A stretch of DNA of 62,067 nucleotides, filler included, from Hausera hauseri (GCA_046269625.1; 9 parts of 9 records of this genome joined end to end with filler, not necessarily neighbours in it), one strand, 5' to 3'. Numbered from the whole stretch's first letter, positions 25,242 through 39,800 are shown. Numbers and translations are program-made. The notes: generated by a model not told the origin, from the letters alone.

Positions 25242-27222
25242 TGTTATATGCTGGCGTGATTATTCGTATTAAATCTGGGATGTTAATCATTCCTGATGAA
25301 TAAACCGGTGTGTTGATATTGGGATATGAGCCTGATTTCTGATGTGTTCTCAAGGCGAGCATGCGGTGGCTTCACACTAGACCCCGTTAAAAAAATGACC
25401 CTAATGTAACAGAAACAAGAAGGCAAAACAGAACGGTGTACGTCAACTATTGAGTCTTTGTGCGCAAGGCGTTGAATTTTATCGATATTCTGTTCTCTGC
25501 TATACTTGCTATTAGTAACAGTCTAGCTTTGTTTAACGTGCTGTTTGATTGTATGTTGAGGTGATTGGGATAAAGTTAAATTTTGATTTTACAAGTCAGC
25601 AGGTTCAGAACTGGTCGGTATGTCGTTTAGTATAGATTTTTGAGTTGATACAGGGTTTGGAGTAGCAGGTTGTCGTGTAGGTAGAATGGAAGAAGAATTG
25701 AAGGAGTCAAGAAAGGTTTGTATGGACTCAGCTGAGGAATCCGGCGTGTCATTAACAAAGAATGCAGACTTCACGTTAGTTATGTGCACCTTTTGTTCTT
25801 TATTGTTTTTGAGTATCGTAACTGTGTGTGAGGTGATATTGAGAACTTTAAATAGTTTGGTTGAAATCCGGAAGGTTAAGGGTTTTTTAGCCACACGAAC
25901 TTTGCATTAAATAGTGAGTCAGGTAAGTACGTTTTGTCACCATGTATTATTTTGCATGAAGAGTCCTGGCTTAACTGGACAAAATGATTTTGTGCATACC
26001 TAATGGTTTCGTCAGTTAGTGTGTTGTCCAAATCGGTTAGTTCGAAAAGTGCACGAATTGTGGCATCAAAAATTGCTTCAGTAGGCGCGTATCCAGCGGT
26101 AGTAGACGGCGTGTTGTGCTACCAAAGTAATACAAAAGGAAGGATGGTGATCCAGTTTGTATGTGTCTCGGCTAGGATTTTTAGAGATATTTTAAAAGTG
26201 TGGTGAAAACCTTCCAATAAGCCTTTCGACTGGGGATTGTGGTGCCCACATTCATCCAATCGGTAATTTGTATATATGAAGACAGTTGTTTAAATATTGC
26301 AATGTCAAGTTGACTGTCAATTTTAATTTGGTAAGCAAATAGTTTTTGCTTTCAAAAGGACATTTTGTAATATGAATTAATTTGTGATTTTTGTTGGATA
26401 TTTGGTTAATGTCTAATCAATATAATTATTGCAACAGGAATTCCTTACTGCAGCTTCTACATTAAATAAATTAATGGAATATACGACATATTACATGGAT
26501 GATATGGATTTGTGTGTATGTGATTTATGCCCAGTCGATTAACTAAAGACTTTAATAGATTCGATTCAAATTGAGGACCTTGGTCTGTAATTATACAGCT
26601 CGGTGATCCGAACCGGCTAGTCCAAATTATTATGAATGCATCGGCTATGGAATCTATATTAATGGAGCGCAAAGGAACAGCTTCAGTCCAACGAGATGCG
26701 CGGTCCATCATTGTTAAAACAAATTGGTGGCCGTTATCAGAGAGTACTACGCCACCTATATCTAAATGAACTGATTCAAAGCTGGATGTACAGGGGAAAT
26801 GGAATAATGGTGGCTTAAGATGTTTAGCTACCTTGAACATTTGGCAAGCCACGCATTGCCTAACCCAGTCCTGTACGTTAGACCTCATTGATGGCTATGT
26901 TACGTGACGTTTGAGAAGGCGGAATGTAGCCATTGAACCTCGATGGTGCAACGAATGAATATTGTTAAATGCTGTTTGTTAAAGTGAAGGTGCCAAAATT
27001 GGCAAATGTTGCCCAAGTGTCGAAGTGTCCATGGCTACTCCATCGATGATTTGCACGGATTTTGTATTGTTTCAGAATTTCAGTGTAAGGGAAATTTTGG
27101 ATGAATTGTTCCTCGGAGAATGTAGGTGTGACACTAATTGCACCGACTGACCGTGATAAAAAATCGGCTATTAAATTGTCTGTGCCAAAAATGTGGCAAA
27201 TTTTAAAATTGAATATTGACAT
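25242..27222 (-). mobile_element. Older gypsy element: end of RNase H, integrase, tail and possible short 3' LTR (25242-25376)
   Basis: NLIADFLSRS, CVACQ, VHLDI, TDQGPQFES, PYHPQSKG. Interrupted by a solo LTR and abutted by a younger element. Confidence 0.85.
26238..26495 (+). mobile_element. Solo LTR inserted into the integrase
   Basis: TGTGGTGC...ATTACA termini, TATA-like 26271, AATAAA 26465, 5-bp TSD GGGAT/TGGAT (one mismatch). Removing it restores NPYHPQSKG. Confidence 0.85.
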
Positions 27223-30200
27223 TCGAGTATGACATTTATCATATGGACTTATTTTTTGTTTTTAACATCGTTCTGTTCATCGTAAATTTCAGAAGCCGTG
27301 AATACAACAGTTTTGTAGCATCGTATCCATAATTGCCAAACTGAACATTGAGATATCGACCCGTTGTTTGCTTTCTAAAATGAGAGAGTCACGTGTTGGA
27401 GAGATTGCTATTTCGGCTTAAAGTTGAATTTCCACCTCTAAGGAAACGAGCTGTACCCGCGACCGCGGCACCACATCACTCCCCCCCCCGTGTCCAGATT
27501 AAGACTGTAAAGAGAAAAGTAAAGGGAGATTATGGTAGGAAAAAGAAAAATTTGTACCTATTCGGTTTGCGTTTGTGTTAGGCACTGGACTCCATCCATG
27601 AACTTCGCCCTGCTGTAAGTACTAAATGTCACTTGGGGTAACCTGTTAGATATTACTGGAGCTTGTGGAGTCGTTTGAGGTAGAGATTCTGCGGATTTTG
27701 TGGTATTCTGGGAGGATGCCTCATGATGAGGTGAAAGTAGAGAAGAAGCTGAAAAAGGAAAAAGGTCACGTGAAAAAGACGAAGCTGGACATAACAGTGA
27801 ATCGTGCGATAAAGGTAAAATGAATAGTGGATGTGTAGACGATGACGGAGAGGCAGATGGTGAGGGAGCAGTGGAAGAGGACGGAAGTGAAGAGAGCTGA
27901 TTGTGACGCAAGAGTGAATGTTGCGAAGGATTAAAATCATCAAGGAAATGAGATGATGGCTCGAGGGTAGAAAAGTTAGGGTTGGGATTTGAAACAATGC
28001 TGTTATCCTGGTCATTGTCAACGAAGAAGGCTGGCTTAAGATTAGAAATGTATACATTATGGGGTTGGTCCTTGCATAAAATAGTAGCAGTGTGCGAAGA
28101 AAGATTGAGTAATTTGTAAGGTCCAACGTATTGAGGCCGAAAACCAGGAAGTGACGGATCCTTCAGACAAACAAACTTGGCTTAGTATATGTCCTCTGGG
28201 ATATAAGATTTGTCTTTGTTTATAAGACGGCAGAAGGCATTCGAGTTGACATCAGCAAAGTGTGACTGTGCCGCACGAATAACTTCATCTAACGGACTTT
28301 CATCAAGATTGGAGAGCTCAAATAGGGCACGAACTGGTGTCCAAAAAAGAGCCTCAGCTTGAGCACAGCCTGTGCTGGTGGATGGCGTGTTGCGCCAACC
28401 GAGTAGGAAAAGAGGAAGAATTGAGATCTAGTTGTGATTGTTGTTAGCCAGGATTTTTAAGGAAATCTTCATGGTGCGATGAAATCTCTCGAGAAAACCA
28501 ATTGCTTGGGGATGGTACGGCGTCGTATGGAGATGGACTATTCCCAAGTGCTTTACAAGAGATTTGAAAAGATCAGATTCAAATTGCGGACCCTGGTCCG
28601 TTATGATGTAACGTGGTGAGCCAAAACGGCTGACCCATACCTTGATAAATGCACCAGCTACTGAGTCAGTGTTGGTTGATCGAAGTGGAACGGCTTCAGG
28701 TCAGCCAGAAGCGCGATTCATCATGGATAGGATATATTGATAACCACTGTCGGAAGGTAGAGGACCCACAAGATCCAAATGCACGGTTTCAAAACAAGAA
28801 ATGCACGGGAAGTGGTGGAGTGGTGGTTTGAGGTGTTTATGAATCTTGTATTGTTGACATGCTACACATTCCTTGAACCAGATCTGTACATTTGTACGCA
28901 TAGTTGGCCATACGACGTGACGTTGCAGTAGACGAAATATGGCTTTCGAACCCGGATGATGAAGAGAGTGAAAGTGATTGAAAGCTGTCTTTTGTAGCTA
29001 TGGAGCAAGAATGATTTTCTTGTTGGTCGAGTTGGAAGTGTCATAAGCGAAGCCATCGATGATTTCAACAGATTTAAAAGCTTGGAGAATGTCAAATGAT
29101 AGCTGATTGCTTCTCAGGACCTCAGAGGAGAAAGCGGGCTGAACTGTTACTGAGTTAACCGATCTCGAAAGAAAGTCCGCCATTAAATTTTCGGTGCCTG
29201 AAATATATTTCATGGAAAAACTAAACGTCAACAAGTATGATATCTGTCGTTCTTGTCTGGGTGAGGGATGTTTCAAAGTCATTATGTGAAGTAGAGGCTC
29301 ATAGTCGGTTTGGATGGTAAATTGACGTGAAAGAAGCAAGTGCTTGAAATGCTTTACCGCTAGAACTACAGCCAAGATTTCACGATCGAATGTTGAGTAT
29401 CGTCTTTTCTGTTGCGTGATCTTTCGGGAGTAGAATTCTAGTGGTTCATCGACGTTATTGTATATTTGGTGTAATATCGCACCAGTTGCTGTGATTGAGG
29501 CATCGGTAGTTAATATTAGTTCAGCGTTTGGATTTGGAAAAGCCAAGATTTCCACAGTTTTCAGACCTTCGCGAAGGCGATCAAATTGGTTTACTAGATC
29601 GGGAGTCTAATGGATTAATTGTGTTTTCTTTCCAAATGAGAGTTGTGAGAAAGGTGCCGATAGTTCGGAGCAGTGTGGAACGTACTTTTGTACGAAATGC
29701 AATGTGCCTAAAAAACTACTTATATAGGTGGTAGTAGTTGGCAACGTCACATTTTTTAATTGTTGTTAACGATTCGGCTGGGGCGAATGCCCTTCGGGAG
29801 TAATTATATGGCCTAAGAAGTTAACGCGTTTCTGTAAGAAATTTCATTTGGCGAAATTAACTTGCAGGTTGCTTTGATGCAACCTGTGAAAAATGATTCT
29901 AAGGTGCTCATGGTGTTGTTTGATGGAGCTAGAACGACTAATATGTCATCTATGTATGGATGAGCAAAATCAAGACCAGAAAGAACGGTGTCAATGTGGT
30001 GCTGAAAGGTTTGAGATGCACTACGTAGGCCGAAAGGCATGAAGATGTACTCGTAAAGGCCAAATAGGGTGATGACAGCAGTTTTTGGAATGTCATCAGA
30101 TGCAACAGGAATTTGATGGTAGGCCTTGTGCAGATTAATGGTAAAATAGGAATTGGTGTTGTTTAGGCTATGAAGAATATCTTTAATGAGTAGTAGTGGA

Positions 30201-32470
30201 TAAGCATCTGTAATAGTTAGATTGTTTAATTGTCGATAATCGCCACATGGCCTATAGGTTTCATCTTTCTTTACCACTACATGGAGAGGAAAAGCCCACG
30301 GTGAATTCGATCTCCGAATGATTCCAGACCATTCCAGTTCATTAAATTCCTGTTCCACAGCTTTACCTCTGCGTGGCGACAAGGATCTGACCTTTTGCTT
30401 GATCGGCCTCTGATGCTCTGTTTCTATGTGATGATAAGTTGTGGATGGAAGCTTGAAGTTGACGTCCCTTGTAACTATGCGAAAGCAAGACGTTGTGACG
30501 TATAATTTAAGATTGGAGTCTAGGCACAAGAATGAATGAGGCATGTCATTAAATAGAACAGCTCCAGTGATTGATGAAAAGCAACTGGCATCGCTACTGT
30601 CGACGCCTAATTTGGATTTTTGTTTCAGAATAGATTTATGATCGTCGTTCATAATTGAAACATTACCGACTTTATCGGACATTTTTATAGATGACGAAGC
30701 GTTCAATAGGTTCATAGATTAGTGCAGTGAATTGCTCGCTATTGAGTTCCTGATATTGAGCTCCTGCTTACAAGACAGCTGTGTTTGCAATCGACCAATA
30801 GATCATTTGCGGCAAGAAAATCTGAGCCTATTATGAGAGATTTAATGTTGGCCACGTGGAACTTCCAGACAAACTTATCTGGTAAGTTGGCAAAAGTGAA
30901 AGTCAGTTCCGTGGTTCCTACAACATGCAACGGTTGACCACTGGCAGTAAAAAGCGATTTACAGGAAATCATAGTCGATTTAGAAACGAAGGATAAGGGA
31001 AGGAGCGAAAAGGCAGCTCCTGAGTCTACAAGGAAGTCGATATGTGAAGTATCTCTGCATAATAGTACAGATTTCAACAGAAAGACTGCAGAGGCGGTGT
31101 TAAAACGGCCAGAAGATTGAACGATATTGTCTGCGCCAGAATGTGCCGTAAAATCTGGCGGCATTATTAGTTTTTTGAAGGTTTTGGATAAAAGGAAGAA
31201 GAGGACGAAAAGCGAGGAGATTTATCTTTGTAATGTTTACAACCAGGCACGCATGACCTAGCCTGTTAATAAAACTTATTGTGGTAGACACAAATAGGAT
31301 TTTCCACAGCGCACCGTTCACCGTAGAAACGACAACCCAAAAAGCACTTCCTAGCATCCCTTCGCAGTCGCATATGATAGAAACAAGTCATGCGTCTGGC
31401 AGGTGAAATGGGTCGAGCACAGTGTCTGGAAATGCTTCTCTCCCTTCAAGGTCTGGTTTCTCTTCGTCGAGGCCCATTAAGATTATTTAATTGGGTAATA
31501 ATGGCCAAAATCGATTGCTGTAACTCGTTAAACTTTTGCTGCATCATTTGCAATTGTTGTGAAAATAAAGTGTTATCTGTGTGTGGTGTGTGAGCAGTTG
31601 GTGCAGCTACTGGTTGTGAAATATTAGATTGCAAAATGTCAAAACTTTTGTCTGCCAATAAAACAAGCTTTTGAAGGGCCGTTGGGTCGTCCACTACCGT
31701 GAGCAGCGCTCTAATGGAGGTTGGCAAAGATGAAAGAAAATACCGACGAATAAGATCAGCATTGTTTATGGGAGTGACGCCCATGGAGCTCAGTTGCGAG
31801 ATTGCAGTTTTAAGGAAATCCGACGGTTTTTGATTTCCAATTGCGTGTTCATTAAAGTATTTCTGAATTATGCTGTCAATAGAAAGGTCGGTGATATGCA
31901 GAACTGATTCATAAAACATATCATATGGGCTTAAATAAGTAAGCATATCAGCAAGATTGTTGATTTGCTGCTTGATATTAGTTGGAAGTGATATCAGCAA
32001 ACTGTTCGCTCGCAAAAAGGAGTCTGTGATATAATTGGCTTTAAGCCATTGCAAATGGAACTTAACCTATTGCGACTCGAATTGGTTTTATCAAGAAAAA
32101 ATCTGTGCAAGGAAGATTTGGATATGTAGTTGGTGTGGGGTCGGCAGGACGACGACCAAATCTGGTCTTGGTGGGGTTTTCCACATACGAGGGATCGGGA
32201 TCCGATCCACCCCGTAGGCAAAAGTGAAGAATGAGGTGGATAATTTTGGCGGAAAATGCAGAAAACTGGTCATGGACATTAAGTATAGAACCATGATGCG
32301 AGAGATAAAAGTCCGATGAGTTGAGGTGAGAAGATAGATGTGCGTGAAGATGATGAGAGGTATGAGTGTTTAGTACATAGAAGGTATGAAGGTGTGTATT
32401 ATTGAGGAAGATAAATAGGGAAAAGGGACGCAGCGCAGCGGCGGCGGTCACGCTCGACTCCTCACCCAAA
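27223..32470 (-). mobile_element. CsRN1-clade-like gypsy element, near full length and decayed: gag 31330-32100, PR 30739-31164, RT 29813-30715, RH 28998-29555, IN 28050-28990, PPT 27476-27489, 3' LTR starting 27475
   Basis: Gag IGNQKPS..FLSSLP..LADK with CHCC box CFYH-x9-C-x3-C. FLVDSGA, RPCGDYR, YIDD, TDAS, YSTFDRE, VHLDLVGPLP. G-rich PPT followed by TGTGGTGC. Confidence 0.92.
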
Positions 32471-32519
32471 TCATTAATAGCTCTGTCTTAATCCGGACTA
32501 GCATAGCTCTAAGATGACC

Positions 32520-33110
32520 TATGGCACTCATGTGAACTATAAGCGTAGTTAAGCATTATAAATGATGTAATGTCGATACGTAAATGTGTATCATAATTAC
32601 CTTTTGACAAAGGTAAATCGAGCAATCTTATTTGGGGTTTTTGCTTCAACGGAACTGATCGCATTGATCCTTGAACAGTATTGACAATTTGCTTTTTGTG
32701 GTCTATATCTGCCAACATTTCATGGAACTTTCCGTGGCATTGGGGAAAACCGTTTTAGCTTGAGATGTACGTGTAAGGACACTTTTGCTAAATAAATGCT
32801 ATTCAGGATCTCTCCCAGTTATGCATTTTCTACACGTCAATTGATATTCATATATTACTCCACTGAATAATTCAAATACATCGTGAATAATGAACAGGTT
32901 GTTATCCGGACAACATCCGGATTGTGAAAGATGAAACTGAGCCCGACTGTACAATACCGATGGTAAATATTCAAATTGGTATAGTAAATTTAATTCCTTA
33001 ACATCTACTGGCAGCAAACAAGGAACATAATTGAACGATGCTCCTGGTACAAAAAATGTAAGATCGAATATTTCCGAAATGTAGCCGCCGATTTCGACAG
33101 GAAATTCCGT
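32520..33110 (-). pseudogene. Roco-family COR domain fragment, frameshifted
   Basis: YVPCLLP, YQFEYLPSVLYSRAQFHL, PDNNLFIIHDVFE.FSGVIYEYQLTCRKC..RDP, LFSKSVLTR..QCHGKFH resemble the COR C-terminus of invertebrate Roco proteins. Confidence 0.6.
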
Positions 33111-33113
33111 AAA

Positions 33114-33412
33114 ACGCTTGTCAAGTTTACCATCAACCAAGTCTTGAGTTTGATTGGCCGATGTTTTAGCAGAGAAAATAAATTCTGAAATATATTCCAG
33201 TGGCATGTCTCGTTAATTTGTCGGTTAAAGATAGTTTTTTTGGTTCCAGTTGGACCGACACACATTACCGGTTTTTATTAAAAGGCAATTGTTCGGTCAT
33301 TTGAATAAGTTGAACAATATCGATTGTTGGAACAATTATATCGGACAATTTTGTTTCCGGTTTTATTATAAATTCATGCGTTTTTCATCCAATGAACCCA
33401 TTTCATTTTCTT
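33114..33412 (-). pseudogene. Axonemal dynein heavy chain fragment (start of AAA3, DNAH1-like), frameshifted
   Basis: KWVHWM..IIVPTID..PVMCVGPTGTKKT (degenerate Walker A)..EYISEF.FSAKTSANQTQDLVDGKLDKR. Confidence 0.85.
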
Positions 33413-33888
33413 TTCCTCCTGTTCGGATGACTGAAGAATTACTAGCAGTGGCCAAACCAGTACTGACTGGATTTATTCCGATGGCCAAATATTCCAAATT
33501 CATTTTGTCCAATGGTTCGAGAGACGAAAGATTTGGCCGATATTTATACCACTTGCTTAGAACAGTTATGTAAGGTTTCACCTTACAACAAACAAAAATA
33601 AATGTCCTAAACTTAAAATCGTAAAACTTAAAATAAATAACAAATTCAAAATTTACTGACAAAAATCACAAAATTGAAAATAAAACACTAATTTGCTAAT
33701 GATTAAAATTTAAACCTCAAAATCCAAATTTTACGGATTCACCACAATAACAAATGTCAAAACATAAAAGTACATAAATAAAAATTACNNNNNNNNNNNN
33801 NNNNNNNNNNNNNNNNNNNNNNNNNNNNNNNNTTAATTAATTAANNNNNNNNNNNNNNNNNNNNNNNNNNNNNNNNNNNNNNNNNNNN

Positions 33889-36800
33889 AAATTTTGGTAA
33901 AAAATATCATAGAGGAATTGAGAAATGTGTTGCGATATCTGGTCATTAAAACAAATCAAAATCGGGAGAATGAATTAAATAAGGCCACTAGTTTGGCAAG
34001 AAGGGCTGCCAGGAAGTTACCTCGAGAAGTGAACTGGTCTAAACTATACGAAAAAGAAGAAGAACATCAGAGTGTATTCCCCTTTGGTAACAATAGATTT
34101 GGAGACCTGTTACGAAATGTAATCGGAAATCGCAGGGAAAATGAATCGAATTTGTTAATTAACTTTCTGACCCTGATGATACTAACAAGGCAAATGGGCG
34201 CAGTTGCAGTATATGACTGCGACAAGTTTAGACTTTGGCCAGAAATACTCATTAATGGATTTGGAAATGTGCGAAAACGCGAGGCCCCACAGATTAAAAA
34301 CAAAAGAAAAGAATTATGTATTATACCAGCAACGCGGATTAGTTACCTTAGATGGAGTAGAATGTATGTTGCGACGATCTTGCAGCATCTTCCATTATGG
34401 GCTGGGATATGGACACTCTTCAATAATCAAGCCAACAATTCCACCAATTCCGATGAATTTAGAGCGTCAACATTGTAAGCAAGCTAGGGAGAAGGGAAGA
34501 ATAGAGTAGGACGCCATGGAATTAGAAATGCAACAAGAAAAAATAATCATGGTGTAGAAAGTAGATGCAGGAAGGTTAGATATGCACAGTGGGCATTGTC
34601 AAGGTGCCGAATACGATACCGGGAAAGGATTAGAGTCGAACGTCGTAGTAGTAGACTTTTATGAAACCGAAATGCGCGTACAGAAGGTGATGTTCCATAG
34701 CGTTACTAAGCCTTACACATAGAACCATATGTTCCACATTCAGGATGGCACATGTCCGTTTCGAAGTTCTGTAGTAATTTGGGAACCACCAACCAAGACC
34801 GATTGCAATTTTATCAGGATTAAAGAACTTAAATTTAACGAGACGACAGAAAAACGATATATAAGTAACACAGAAACTAATTCGAAAACACGGGAAAATG
34901 TTGCCGAACAGTCCACACCTACTATACTCATCTCTGATACTGACGGACTGAAGTTTGTGAAGAAAGATGTAATCACGAGATGCGACGTTATAATGCATGC
35001 TACTAACTATAAAGCATTTTTCGTCGCCGAAACGGAAATAAACGCCCGAACGTTTAAACGCGAGACTCAAGACATCCTGATCGAGAATTACTTGAAAAAC
35101 AGAAATGACTATTTCTACTACAATGGACAGGCCGGAATAGACGAGATATACCACAAGATGATAACCAATGATTGCAAATTATATTTGGAAATATATATAC
35201 GCCAATCCTGAGTTAGCGTCACCAATATCTCCGATGAAGGAAGGTGTTTCCTGACGAGTAACCGGAGAGGAAGAGAAGAGGTGTATACAAGAACTCCCAT
35301 TGATATATCAAGGCGAATCCAGATTATTAACACCAATTACCACAGTGTTGCGGCAAACGCCACCCAACCAACAATTTTGAGAGACTGTAAAACGAGCTTA
35401 GGAGAGCCGATGTTCAGTCGCAGCGAAACCGACTGGGTAAGCTTACCAAACGGTGGTATTATTGCACCACCTACCAAGCTGACAGGAACAAACCTGATAA
35501 AAGGGAATAACCGATGATAAATTTCAAGATACAGTCGCAAAAGGTATCTACCGATGTAAAGAAGTAGAGGCGTTTAGTAAATTCCTTGCTTTTCCCGTCA
35601 ACGTACGCACGAATTAAACACAGCGATACATACCATACTAGAGAACTCGCGCTATCAGTCAAAATGGCAGTCATTACTTGGCATCGGCTATTATAAGAAG
35701 GTAACCACAGAAATATTGTACAAATCTAGGGAAGATTCCTGATATTCGGGCAAGCCGCATCTGGATTTCTAGCAATATACTTTTTTATTCAATTATTAAA
35801 AGCCATAATTCAATCACTCATAAATGAATACGAGATATTTAGTTTGACAGGATTTTTGTGCAAAATTTCAACGGCTATTATTACACCTTTCGGCAAATTC
35901 TTGAAGGCTTATGATGACAGTAAATGGAAAACAAATGTAGTGCGACATGTTGGATATCATAATCCAAAACGGAAAAGACACACTCGATTACAGGCAAAAA
36001 TTCATAGATAGTAAGACACAAAGAAATAATTCTGATGATGACGAGCCTAAGGGAGGAGATGTCATCTCCAGGCCAACCCGGCATAAAAACTACTCGGTTA
36101 TGAAATTACCACTGACAATATTGCCGCCAACGGCACCTATATATGAAGACTGTAAGAAACAATCGGTGAGCTCGCACCAGACAGACGTTTATTGGAAGCC
36201 ATTTAACCTAGAGGATCCTTACGAAGGAACCAAACGCTACGAGGTATGGCGTAAAATCCATGAAACGGAAAGAAAGACTATTTTACATTGCTGCTCAGCG
36301 GTCGACGATTACGGTATAATCTGTTCACCTCGAGTATCTAAACCAAATGAAATGCAATCGATATTTACTCGAAGCTGTAAGACACGAAATCTCCAAAACC
36401 AAGATGTTCAGCCGTCAACTAGATACCAAAGAGTAGAAAATTCGAACGGTATAAATAACGAACTATACCCAATCGGAGAACTGAGACAGGTGGTCGACCA
36501 GCCAGTCGGAACTACTGAAGTCCCCATAAACGGCTACAAGGTATCCACAGTCCGACAGCCCCGTAAAGCACCGAGCTATTACGGTACGGTAATTGAAGGA
36601 AAATTCAATCGTGAAAATTCAATTAGAAAATTGGAATGTATATGCCTTAATAGACACAGGATCTGAAATATCACTGATAAAATACGATTCGATAGCGTAA
36701 TTTCTACGGAAACAATTGTGTCCACCTCCCTCAACAGACCCAGGCAGCATCGGAGCTTTTGGACAGTCATGGGAAAGTAAATTCCGTTGGATACCGGAAA

Positions 36801-39800
36801 TTCACATAATGGGACAATTTTTTCTTCATGAATTCTCAGTAATGGAGCAATTAATGGACGATAAGGTGTTGGGGTGTGACTTATTGAGACAACAACCTAA
36901 TATAGCAATCGATTTCAATGCAGGCAAGTTGATAGAACTTGGCCCAATAGAAGGAGTCAAAACCACCAAGGATAAAAAGTTCGGAGAAGTGTGGATCCCA
37001 GTAGATGAAAACATACCGCCCCGGACAGAAGTACTCATATATGCCCAAATACGTCAAGATGATGACCAGCCAGTATATTTTGAGCCGAAAGAATCGCTTA
37101 ATTCGAACCTTGATTTCAGTAATATTTTGACAACAGTATCGACAGGTCGCGTGCCGATCAGAATAGCAAATCACGCACCGACTCCTATCAAACTGTACGC
37201 AAATACCACGTTGGCACACACGTACCGAGTATCATCAATCACTATAGAAGGAAAACCCTATAAGGGTGCCGAATTTCCACCCCACGTCGAGACTAAATTT
37301 TCGCCCGAATCCTATTGTCGATTTTACGAATAACTTTGTCGTTATAGTTCAATTATTGCGAAAGATGAAGAAGATATTCGCAGAGCCAAAACTTTAAGGC
37401 TAACAGTTTCACTTAAGAAAAAGCCTGAATCCAACGACGAAATAGATCCTGAGGATCAAAAAATGCCGAAATGGTATTCTACTCCACATTCATTAAGACC
37501 AGAGATAACCAAGGAAGTCAAATGAATTTTAAAGGCCGACATAATTTGACCAAGCTACAGATCTTGGTATTCACCGATACTCATGGTTAAGAAAAAGGGT
37601 ACCGCTAAGCACCGATTTTGCAACGATTATTTGGCGTTAAATACGCTTATGCTGAAAAACTCTTTTCACTTACCATCGGTAAAGGAAGCTTTGGACAGAC
37701 TCACTGGAGCTAAATGGTTCACCACGCTCGATTTACAATCTGTATACTGGCAAGTAGAGATATAAAAAGAAGATCGTTACAAAAGGGCATTTACGACACA
37801 CGACGATATATACGAATTCAATGATATGCCATTTGGAATAACTACCTAACCGGCCATCTTTACCCGCATGATGAACAAGATGCTGATGGGATTAGAACAC
37901 GCGTTCGCCAATTTAAATGACGTTATGATTGCGTCAAAAACAGAAGAAGATCATTTAAAAGACATCGAAGGTACACTCATGAGACTGGAGTAGGTTGGAT
38001 TAAAACTGAATCCCAAGAAATGTAAATGGGCCCAAAACGATGTATCGTATCTTGGCCTTATAGTTGGAGAAGGAGGGTCAAAACTGGATAAATCATTATT
38101 GAGTAAAATATCGGATTGTATGGAACCTCAAAATCAGAAAGAATTAAGACACTGGTTAGGGCTGTGTGGGTATTATGCTACTTACGTACCAGATAATGCA
38201 AAGATAAACGCACCTTTATATCGCTTATTAAAAAAGGGGATCTAATGGAAGTGGACTCACATCGAACAGAAAGCTTTTAACGAAATGAAAAAGATTCTAA
38301 CTAGTGAACCTGTTCTGAAATATCCCGACTTCAACTTGCCGTTCATAATCAAAACATACGACATTAAAGAAGGTATCGGATATGAACTGGTCAAGAAACG
38401 AGAATATGAGGAATTGGAACACCCGATCGCATACGGAGGACGTTCCCTGAAGAAAGCAGAGAAGAACTATTCTGTTACGGAGTTAGAAACATTAGCGGTA
38501 AAGAAGGCAATGCGACATTTTAACGTGTACGTCTATGGACAAAAAATTATAATTGTTATTGACCATAAGGTAGTTACGACCTTAAAGGGTAGAGCGAATA
38601 ATCCAACCTGCAGACTTAACAGATGGATCGAGGAGATCTCACGTTATAATATTGAATTCCAATACAAACCCGGAAGTAAACATGTTGATGCCGACGCATT
38701 ATCGAGACTTAAAACCAAAACAAGTGCAGTCACAGTAATGAGGAAAGCCCACCTTGAGAATTTAGTGGAGAGGCAACGGACTCTTACGCTAGAGAAGGCA
38801 TTGAAAATTTCTGTTGAACAAAGAAAAGACAAGATTATACACCAAATTATCGAATTTATTGATACTAACCAAACACCAAAGGGTCATCAGTTACGAAAAC
38901 ACCTACGTCGTTATTGTCACAAGTATTAGGTTACTGGAAATTCGAATCACGAAAATGTGTTGTACTACGAACGAAAAGGACGAAAACTAGTCGTTATACC
39001 GAAAGGATTACGAGCGGAAGTGCTCATGGCCGAACATGGCTCATACTTAGCCGGACACGTCATGGAAAAAGACATTGGAAAGGATTTTAAATAAATACTA
39101 TTGGCCGAGTATTTACATCGATGTGAGAAATTGGGTAAATGCTTGTGAGGTGTGCGCAACCAAACAAAGAAAAGTGATAAACTATATTGCAAACTTAAAC
39201 CTATTAGTGTGCCGGACAGACCCATGTAGACTATGTCCATGGACACCGTAGGACCATTACCTACAACCCACAAAAACAACAGATACATTTTGACCTGTGT
39301 AGACCGATTGACTCATTTCGTCGAGCTTATAGCTCTATTAGACAAAAAGGCCGAGACCTTGGCAGAAGCGATAGTCCGAAAAATCATTTGCAGATATGGG
39401 CCACCCGAACAGATTTTGACAGACCGAAAAAGAAATTTCACGAGCGAATTGTTCGACAAAATTACCCAAATCTTTGAGATTGAACGACTTACTACTAAAG
39501 TTTATCATCCCCAATGTGATAGGATGGTTGAACGAATGAACGCAACCGTTATAAAAATCTTATCAACAGTAGTCGCAAAAGACCAGAAGGATTGGGATGA
39601 GTTCTTAGAAGGTACGCAGTTTGCCATTAATACTACTCCACATCCTGCGACAGGATTCACTCCATTTTTTATGATGTATGGAAGAGAAGCTGCGCTTCCC
39701 ACAGATTTAGGACTGATCCCATACACAACGCAAACGGAAGATTTAGAAAAAAACTTTGCCGAAGTATTGCAAATGAGGTTACATAAGTGTTGGGAAATAG

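Noticed and set aside
32799-33265. USP deubiquitinase Cys-box (NETCHWNIFQNLFSL)
   Set aside because: Off-frame reading of a region better explained by dynein FSAKTSANQTQD in the adjacent frame.
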